A stretch of DNA of 64,000 nucleotides from sequence record AJ697969.1, one strand, 5' to 3'. Under the pieces are notes generated by a model. It did no database searches and was not told where the DNA came from. It was given only the letters and a program-made list of their open reading frames with translations. Shown piece by piece: positions 37,699-43,612 of this stretch. Each line of letters opens with the position of its first letter. Position 1 is the stretch's first letter. Position numbers and translations under genes: made by a program. The DNA comes from Pseudomonas phage EL.

Positions 37699-38040
37699 AT
37701 GAGAATGGTCCATTGGGCTCGATTGGTTAAAGAGTGCCTCCAACTTCAAGCCGTCAGCGATGATCGCTACCTGGGGGTCTGCTCAGGGTTGAGTTTGTTG
37801 TACCACAAGTACTTCCTGGCCAACGATCTCCCCCTCGAAGCCAACTACCCGGTGCTTACAGCCGCCTTTAAGGAACGGGTAGACCTGGGCCCACCGGCTA
37901 AGGAATCGGTTATGAGCGCTGAACACGCCCAAGAACTGGTTGAAACGGTGGAGGAGACCCTTCGTTACTACGTCAAGTTCTATGCGTGGGGTTGTAACCT
38001 GAAGGCTTCCTTCTGGGCGGAGGTAAAGGGTCAGCATTAA
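37699..38040 (+). CDS. hypothetical protein, 113 aa
   Basis: GAGGGAGA RBS. The second ATG at 37699 has optimal spacing. Confidence 0.55.
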   Translation: MRMVHWARLVKECLQLQAVSDDRYLGVCSGLSLLYHKYFLANDLPLEANYPVLTAAFKERVDLGPPAKESVMSAEHAQELVETVEETLRYYVKFYAWGCNLKASFWAEVKGQH

Positions 38041-38097
38041 TCTTCCACATCCGTTCCAATCTATGTCGGGCACTCTTTTTCTAGAAGAGGTAACCCT

Positions 38098-38289
38098 ATG
38101 CCAAGTGTATCACGTAAACAAGCCAACCTTATGCGAGACGCCGCCCACAGCGCTGAGTTCGCTAAGAAGGTGGGTATCGATCACGAGGTGGCTAAGCATT
38201 GGTACGAGGAAGACAAGAAGGTGGGGTGGTTCGACCCCAGTTCCAATAAAGCGGAATCTTCGAAAAAGACCCCTTCCAAGTCCAGTTAG
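38098..38289 (+). CDS. small conserved-type protein, 63 aa (resembles the DUF3008-like KQxxxM...FAKKVG family)
   Basis: MPSVSRKQANLMRDAAHSAEFAKKVGIDHEVAKHW... with a lysine/serine-rich tail. The family assignment is from memory and tentative. Confidence 0.4.
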   Translation: MPSVSRKQANLMRDAAHSAEFAKKVGIDHEVAKHWYEEDKKVGWFDPSSNKAESSKKTPSKSS

Positions 38290-38477
38290 TCGTTTCCGTA
38301 ATCTTTCCCTTGTAAGGGGTGCTCTCGTAACAGTAACCCTTAGCGGTTACTCGCAGTCGTCCGTGGCCGAGAGTATAAACAGTACAGGTCTATCTATTCC
38401 TTGTGATGGGGTGAATAGGTATGACAATGGCGAACGGACCCCTTTCGATTCAAGTGTAACACTGGAAGAAAAACACA

Positions 38478-38939
38478 ATGAATAAATACTGTGATCTTTA
38501 TGACGTGTTGGAACGGTTTGTTGGGCTGGTTAAACCTGTTGAATTTGGACTCCAACTGGGTTTTAAGGACCATCAGATTATCGGGGAGTTGAGATCTGTT
38601 GGTCTGCACTTGCCGCGTCAATCGGGTAAAACGACCCTGTTGTCCAAGTGGTGTTCGAAACACCCTGACGAAGTGTTCATCGTACACGGGTCTTCTCCAT
38701 GGTTAGAGGCTTTCAAAAGACTTTCAAACCTTCCCGAACTCCCCCCTTGGGTTTCGATCTCCAAAATACGAGACAACCAACCCTTGCTTACGGATCACTC
38801 GACCCTGAAGAAGATTAAATACGTGGTCGTCTATGGTTCGTCGGTTATTTTCTCCTACTGTGGACTCAAGCGTAAAGACTTCAACCAATGGGTGGCTGAC
38901 ACCTTTGGAACTGAAATCGTGGTGATCCATTTAGGTTAA
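38478..38939 (+). CDS. small P-loop NTPase, 153 aa
   Basis: Walker A motif LPRQSGKTTLL at residues 45-55. Ends 6 nt before the tRNA. Confidence 0.5.
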   Translation: MNKYCDLYDVLERFVGLVKPVEFGLQLGFKDHQIIGELRSVGLHLPRQSGKTTLLSKWCSKHPDEVFIVHGSSPWLEAFKRLSNLPELPPWVSISKIRDNQPLLTDHSTLKKIKYVVVYGSSVIFSYCGLKRKDFNQWVADTFGTEIVVIHLG

Positions 38940-38945
38940 GTTTAC

Positions 38946-39021
38946 TCCGTGATAGCTCAGTAGGTAGAGCAACTGTTTCGTAAACAGTAGGTCCCGGGTT
39001 CGAACCCTGGTCACGGAACCA
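38946..39021 (+). tRNA. tRNA-Thr(CGU), 76 nt, CCA encoded
   Basis: Manual cloverleaf: acceptor TCCGTGA/TCACGGA; D-arm GCTC-AGTAGGTA-GAGC; anticodon stem ACTGT/ACAGT with loop TTCGTAA (U33, anticodon CGT, A37); 5-nt variable loop; T-arm CCGGG-TTCGAAC-CCTGG (one G-U pair); discriminator A; CCA. Confidence 0.85.
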
Positions 39022-39164
39022 AACATCGTTACCCCAAAGACTGGGACACACATGCTCGGCACCACCCTCCCCCAGATGCCCTGCGCCGTCCCGCTCCGCC
39101 AGCCATCCTGTTCTCTTCTCTCTTCCAGGGTGGACCGCGGCTTCTTGACAGGGGTGACGGTGTA

Positions 39165-39201
39165 CCTGTTCCCTACCTTTCTCAGAGGGGTGGGGAACAG
39201 G
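39165..39201 (+). terminator. hairpin, CCTGTTCCC...GGGAACAGG plus ACCTTTTCTTTATCC
   Basis: A 9-bp stem with a long loop and a T-rich tail, 145 nt downstream of the tRNA. Confidence 0.45.
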
Positions 39202-39238
39202 ACCTTTTCTTTATCCGCTATGTGCAGAGGATACCGTC

Positions 39239-39535
39239 ATGTCGTTCATTATAAAGGTCATGCGAGAGGACTGTGGGAATGGCACCTCCCGTGACTATGA
39301 AGGCATTATTGTGGGTCAGGGGGATCGGTTTGCTATCTCTTGGGATCCGCATAAAGAACAGCGGGAGCTCACGGTCGAGTTTGCTGATGGGAGAACCTTG
39401 CTCCGGGTGATTGATGGGGATCTTTACGTGGTGAATGCGGACGGTAAGACCATTTCCGGTACCCTCAAGAATAAGCCCTTGCTCCCCGGTACTTCCCACT
39501 CGAACCCCCGAGACAAACTCTCTTCTAAGCTCTAA
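39239..39535 (+). CDS. hypothetical protein, 98 aa
   Basis: ORF followed by a terminator hairpin at 39557. Confidence 0.5.
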   Translation: MSFIIKVMREDCGNGTSRDYEGIIVGQGDRFAISWDPHKEQRELTVEFADGRTLLRVIDGDLYVVNADGKTISGTLKNKPLLPGTSHSNPRDKLSSKL

Positions 39536-39556
39536 CCCGTAAACACCGTGTAAACA

Positions 39557-39589
39557 CCCTCCTACCTCCTTTACAGGGAGGTAGGAGGG
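39557..39589 (+). terminator. intrinsic terminator, CCCTCCTACCTCC-TTTACA-GGGAGGTAGGAGGG plus TTTATTAC
   Basis: A 13-bp stem. The downstream TTTATTAC and TATTTTAAACCTAGATTAT motifs follow. Confidence 0.6.
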
Positions 39590-39612
39590 TTTATTACGGT
39601 ATAGCGTATTTT

Positions 39613-39624
39613 AAACCTAGATTA
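39613..39624 (+). promoter_or_regulatory. candidate phage promoter motif, AAACCTAGATTA
   Basis: Located 24 nt after the hairpin and 31 nt before the ATG at 39655. Same extended motif as 26601-26620. Confidence 0.3.
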
Positions 39625-39654
39625 TTGATGCGTTAAGCCACGAGGAATAAATCA

Positions 39655-40191
39655 ATGTTTACTGAAAAACAAATGGAAGAACTTACCAGTGCTCGTAGAG
39701 AGGATGTGTGGAGTTATGACATATTTGAAATGACACTATTCCTGATGGAAACAGAGTGTGATGGTGGCGTCCCCTTCTTGAAACATATCATCATGTACAG
39801 TTTCAAGAAGATGCTCTCTGGAGAATCACTAGATCGTTATGCGATTGGACTGATGAATAAAATGATCTACGATACTGAAGGCCGTGATGCCAAGGGAATC
39901 GTAGAAAGGGTTGTGTTACAACGATTGACTGAAAGCGATATCCTGGAAGCCCACGCCTCCCTCATGATTTACATCACCAAAGCTAAGGAATTCCTGGAAG
40001 ACCTCAGTCAACGTTTCCCCGATCACTTCCAGAGTGTCAGCCGAGAAGAAACACCCAAAAAGTTCTGCTTTGCGAATAAACCGGCTCCGGAAGGGACGGT
40101 CAGGGAACTCGCCGCTAAATACGGTAAGTCGATCAGTGAAATCCGTAAACTCAAAGCAGCCGGTCGTCTTCATGAACTAGCACAGGGGTAA
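39655..40191 (+). CDS. hypothetical protein, 178 aa
   Basis: ORF preceded by GAGGAATAAATCAATG. Confidence 0.55.
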   Translation: MFTEKQMEELTSARREDVWSYDIFEMTLFLMETECDGGVPFLKHIIMYSFKKMLSGESLDRYAIGLMNKMIYDTEGRDAKGIVERVVLQRLTESDILEAHASLMIYITKAKEFLEDLSQRFPDHFQSVSREETPKKFCFANKPAPEGTVRELAAKYGKSISEIRKLKAAGRLHELAQG

Positions 40192-40197
40192 TTGGTC

Positions 40198-40338
40198 ATG
40201 TTTTGGAAATTCACGTGTTACAACAAGGACACTTGGGAAGCCCCCCACCAAATGACCTTGATAGAAGCGGTCGAACTCTTTATGCGGGAAACCCAATACA
40301 GCCAGTGGGATATTCACTTCGTTGAGAATCTCCACTAA
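40198..40338 (+). CDS. possible small protein, 46 aa
   Basis: Not in the track because it is under 60 aa. An AGGGGT sequence lies 9 nt before the ATG. Fills the gap between neighbouring genes. Confidence 0.2.
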   Translation: MFWKFTCYNKDTWEAPHQMTLIEAVELFMRETQYSQWDIHFVENLH

Positions 40339-40377
40339 ACCGTTGTTAAACAATCTGTTAAACAGAAGGATAGCATT

Positions 40378-41136
40378 ATGAAACCCTTTCGAGTACCTGT
40401 TGGACGTCTCAGTAAAGATCGACTGGAATGGCTCATCCGTCATCGTAAAGAAAAGAAACGTGAATGTCCCTTTGGTGTTGCTCACTTCCCCAAAGGAACG
40501 ATCGCGGTATTCGAGTCCCCAACCCAGCGTTTTCTGAAAGAGGACGAACGTGAGTTTCCTGGTCAGCGGTACGCAACGTTCGAAGCGGAAGTGGAGGGTG
40601 TAGTCCCCAACGGACCGAACAGTTGGGTGGCTGTTCTAAAGGACCGTACGGCGATTAACATCGACTGGGCGCGCAAGATCATTAAACGGGGGGATGGTCC
40701 TCTCCGCGCCGCGGAGAATGACGTGGAGGACAGTCTGTGGAAAACCAGAGCCACCCACCCCCTGGATCCTGACACCCACCTTCCCATCAACAAACACCCC
40801 AACCACTACTACATCGACTCGATCTATCATGTTATCTACGGAAAATTGGAAGAGGTTAATAAAAATAACTTCGCCACTCATCTGATCGATGTGGATAAGT
40901 TGATTTCGCTGATGTGCGGTGATATCATTCGTCAGGCAACCTCCTGTGGTGATGGTGTTTACTGCCATTATCTCATCAGTAAGAAGAAGTTCCGCAAGAT
41001 CTTCAACCGTTGTCTGCCGCGTGCGCGCACCAGCCGGCGTAAAGAAGCTGAACGTCAGGCCAGGATCGAAGCATTCGAATACAACAGGTCGTTTGATGAC
41101 CGTTATGAAGACGATTACGACGACCCGGAGGTGTGA
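40378..41136 (+). CDS. hypothetical basic protein, 252 aa
   Basis: ORF preceded by tandem TGTTAAACA repeats and AGAAGGATAGCATTATG. Confidence 0.55.
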   Translation: MKPFRVPVGRLSKDRLEWLIRHRKEKKRECPFGVAHFPKGTIAVFESPTQRFLKEDEREFPGQRYATFEAEVEGVVPNGPNSWVAVLKDRTAINIDWARKIIKRGDGPLRAAENDVEDSLWKTRATHPLDPDTHLPINKHPNHYYIDSIYHVIYGKLEEVNKNNFATHLIDVDKLISLMCGDIIRQATSCGDGVYCHYLISKKKFRKIFNRCLPRARTSRRKEAERQARIEAFEYNRSFDDRYEDDYDDPEV

Positions 41137-41370
41137 AGAAGTGTTAGAAGCCCCTTAACCTGAAGACCGCCCCACTCCGTCTTTAAAGGAATAACTCCTA
41201 CGTGAAGGAGGGGATTCACGTAAATGCCGTTAAATCACACGTGTAGTCCCCAACCCTTCTCTAAACGGATCTTCGGTAGAAGCCGAACGGTTTACTTAAT
41301 GGTCCGGTTAGCCTTTAAGCTACCGAGAGTGACAGATTAGATACCCCATCACTGTATTTTGGAGAAGGTT

Positions 41371-42354
41371 GTGAAACATAAAGAAACACCCTTTCAACGA
41401 GCCAGCAGCGGGCATGTCCTTCAGGTCGGTGACAACGGGTCTTGCCATGTGGGGGATCACGGGACCGCCATCGCTGGAAAAAATAGCGTCGCCACCGCTG
41501 CGAACAATGGACACGCTGTTTCTGGAGACTATGGGACAGCCATCGTTGAACGCTTTGGTATCGCCTCTGCCGGAAATAAAGGCATGGCTATCGCCGGAGA
41601 TTGCGGCAGTGCCACCGCTGGAGATCATGGTATCGCCACCGCGGGAAATTACAGTACGGCTACTGTCGGATACTTAGGTACTGCCACCGCCGGAAAGAAA
41701 GGGAAAGCTACCGCTGGAGATTGGGGGACTGCTATCGTTGGACTCGATGGCGTTGCGTCTGCTGGAAAGAATGGAAAGATCCACATCCAGTACTTCGACA
41801 GTGAAGCCAATCGTTACCGCACAGCAGTTGGATATATCGGTGAGGACGGTCTCGAACCTGGCGTTCCTTACCAATTGGATGAAAACCACGAGTTCGTAAA
41901 GGGAGACATTGCCATGACAAAATTCTCTACAGAGGGCCACGTGACTATACTCTTCCGAGGATTGGGTGTAGGTCTTATCAACGTCCAGGTCGTAAGGGTC
42001 ACTAAGGGTATAGGACATCCCAAACCCTTTTTCCATATTGAGGGATCTGAAGACAAGGGTTACCGTTTGCTTCATAACGGGAGTGAATGGATTGATCAGG
42101 TCTTTGAGGCTAAGAAAGCTGTACTCTTCATTGAGTCCCTCTACCCCCCTGTGACACCCGATAAAGAGACCGTGAAACTTACAGTGCCCGAGGATCAGCA
42201 AATCCTGGTTAAAGTACGTCGAGTGAATAAGCTGGCCTTGGATGCTGTTGTGTTCCACATTGACACCCTGGGTGGTGCGTATCAGGTATCCTATACCGAG
42301 CAACTGACCCCCGATCTCAATCAGTTGACTCATGTTGAGTTAGTGGTCATTTAA
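41371..42354 (+). CDS. octapeptide-repeat beta-solenoid protein, about 327 aa
   Basis: About 14 tandem 8-residue repeats of consensus G-D-x-G-T-A-T-A at residues 25-135 (GDHGTAIA GKNSVATA ... GDWGTAIV GLDGVASA), mirrored as 24-nt periodicity in the DNA, followed by a non-repetitive 190-aa domain. Start set at the GTG at 41371, 6 nt after GGAG. The track start is a TTG at 41359. Confidence 0.55.
   Translation: MKHKETPFQRASSGHVLQVGDNGSCHVGDHGTAIAGKNSVATAANNGHAVSGDYGTAIVERFGIASAGNKGMAIAGDCGSATAGDHGIATAGNYSTATVGYLGTATAGKKGKATAGDWGTAIVGLDGVASAGKNGKIHIQYFDSEANRYRTAVGYIGEDGLEPGVPYQLDENHEFVKGDIAMTKFSTEGHVTILFRGLGVGLINVQVVRVTKGIGHPKPFFHIEGSEDKGYRLLHNGSEWIDQVFEAKKAVLFIESLYPPVTPDKETVKLTVPEDQQILVKVRRVNKLALDAVVFHIDTLGGAYQVSYTEQLTPDLNQLTHVELVVI
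41440..41770 (+). repeat. 24-nt periodic coding repeat (octapeptide repeats)
   Basis: Recurrent ...gccaccgctgga... / ...gctatcgccgga... units. They lie inside a CDS and are not an interspaced CRISPR-like array. Confidence 0.6.
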
Positions 42355-42365
42355 GGACGTCAATC

Positions 42366-42611
42366 ATGGCTAAAAAGAACCTTAAGGTGTTCAAGACCCA
42401 CGGGGAATTCGATACGGAGGTGATTCGTCGTGCTCGACTTATCCTCGACGCCAGGGGTTACCGGGGGAAGATATGTGTGAACGCACTCGGTGAAAGTTCT
42501 GCGTGGAATAAAGCAGATCGCAATGAGGACGGTCATCGTCTGATCGACGACGACACTATCGCCGAAGTGGCTCGCTCGATGGTTTACGACACTCTCGATT
42601 ACGGAGAGTAA
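42366..42611 (+). CDS. hypothetical protein, 81 aa
   Basis: ORF 11 nt after the previous stop. Confidence 0.5.
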   Translation: MAKKNLKVFKTHGEFDTEVIRRARLILDARGYRGKICVNALGESSAWNKADRNEDGHRLIDDDTIAEVARSMVYDTLDYGE

Positions 42612-42639
42612 GTTTTAACACGTTGACCGTATTATATAC

Positions 42640-42900
42640 GGACAACATGTCGTTTTAATCCGCGTCTGCGGGTCCCGCCTGAACTTAAGGGTGATAAGGT
42701 GTGGTACTCGTCGAGTATGAGCTTGGCAAAACTCATACTCCGAACCCTATGGACGGTATAGCCGCTATCGTCAAGTCACACTGTTGAGCTATTGACCTGG
42801 ACTTCAGTCTCCTTTTCGGTGCTGTCGGCGGGAAGGTTCTCGGACGGTGAGGCGGCTTGTGAAGGTGCTAAACTAGCGCTGGTTGAACACCTAGCAAGTT
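42640..42900 (+). ncRNA. candidate structured noncoding RNA (uncharacterised)
   Basis: A 450-nt gap with no ORF that has start signals. Multiple perfect hairpins (GAGTATGAG-N10-CTCATACTC; CGTAT-tat-ATACG; CCGC-GTCT-GCGG). It ends in a strong intrinsic terminator. Confidence 0.2.
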
Positions 42901-42902
42901 AA

Positions 42903-42970
42903 GGGGAGGAGGGACAGCCATCGGCTCTAAGCAGATGGGTTCCTCCTCCCCTCGCTCCTTTTATTTTTTT
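42903..42970 (+). terminator. strong intrinsic terminator, GGGGAGGAGG...CCTCCTCCCC plus CCTTTTATTTTTTTTG
   Basis: A 10-bp GC outer stem and an inner CCATC/GATGG stem, followed by a 14-nt T-rich tract. Confidence 0.75.
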
Positions 42971-43063
42971 TGTCTTAATACCGTGTTACTCGACCGGTTT
43001 CTAAAGGATACAGACTGTACGAATATTATGTCTTATCCCCCGACTTACCAAGAGGTTAAAGCG

Positions 43064-43540
43064 ATGTCGAAAAACAACGATCAGAAGAACCCCTCCACTC
43101 CTGAGGACGAGAAGGCTAAAGCGGTAACCACCCCTCCGGTGACTCCTCCCGCTCAGCCAGCTCCCGCTACCCCTCAAACGTCTCCCAAAGCCTCGAAAGA
43201 CGAGAGTGAAGAGGATAACCAGGACTTCGACAACATTCTGATCAATGTACTGTCGCTCTATGACAATGGGGAATTCAATAAAGAACTCCTTATTGAGATG
43301 GTGGAAGAAGTCCGTAAGGTTACCCGTCCGGGTCTTATCCCCGAAGAATACTACATCGATGTCGCCGTACAGCGTTATGTGGAATTCGCCAAACGCAAGA
43401 AGATCGACCTGAAAAACCTGTCGATCCTGGTGGGTAATCCTGAAACCTCGGTAGAACTGCGCTCGCTGAACTTCTACCGTGCAATGGAAGGCCTGGGTCC
43501 GACCTTCTTCATGCCGTACATCATTGAGAGTAAAGAGTAA
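43064..43540 (+). CDS. hypothetical protein with a Pro/Thr-rich N-terminus, 158 aa
   Basis: ATG at 43064 preceded by AAGAGG. The track's longer start at 42935 would run through the terminator. Confidence 0.55.
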   Translation: MSKNNDQKNPSTPEDEKAKAVTTPPVTPPAQPAPATPQTSPKASKDESEEDNQDFDNILINVLSLYDNGEFNKELLIEMVEEVRKVTRPGLIPEEYYIDVAVQRYVEFAKRKKIDLKNLSILVGNPETSVELRSLNFYRAMEGLGPTFFMPYIIESKE

Positions 43541-43551
43541 CACTGAATAAA

Positions 43552-43594
43552 CCCCTAACCCCTAGCCCCTTTAACAGGGCTAGGGGTTAGGGGG
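43552..43594. terminator. bidirectional hairpin, CCCCTAACCCCTAGCCCC-TTTAACA-GGGCTAGGGGTTAGGGGG
   Basis: An 18-bp stem between the convergent genes 43064-43540(+) and 43613-46585(-). Confidence 0.65.
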
Positions 43595-43612
43595 TATAAC
43601 ATTTATTTTTGA

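Noticed and set aside
38063-38485. 140-aa plus-strand ORF spanning the 38098-38289 gene and the following intergenic hairpin
   Set aside because: It overlaps a better-supported small gene in another frame and crosses an intergenic hairpin. No start signals.
39052-39294. Pro/Arg-rich 80-aa ORF downstream of the tRNA
   Set aside because: No RBS. It runs through the terminator hairpin and overlaps the start of the next gene. The composition is typical of a GC-rich noncoding read-through.
41320-41628. Minus-strand ORF, and possible CRISPR-like array, in the 24-nt periodic region
   Set aside because: The periodicity is the coding octapeptide repeat of gene 41371-42354. There are no unique spacers, no leader and no cas genes.
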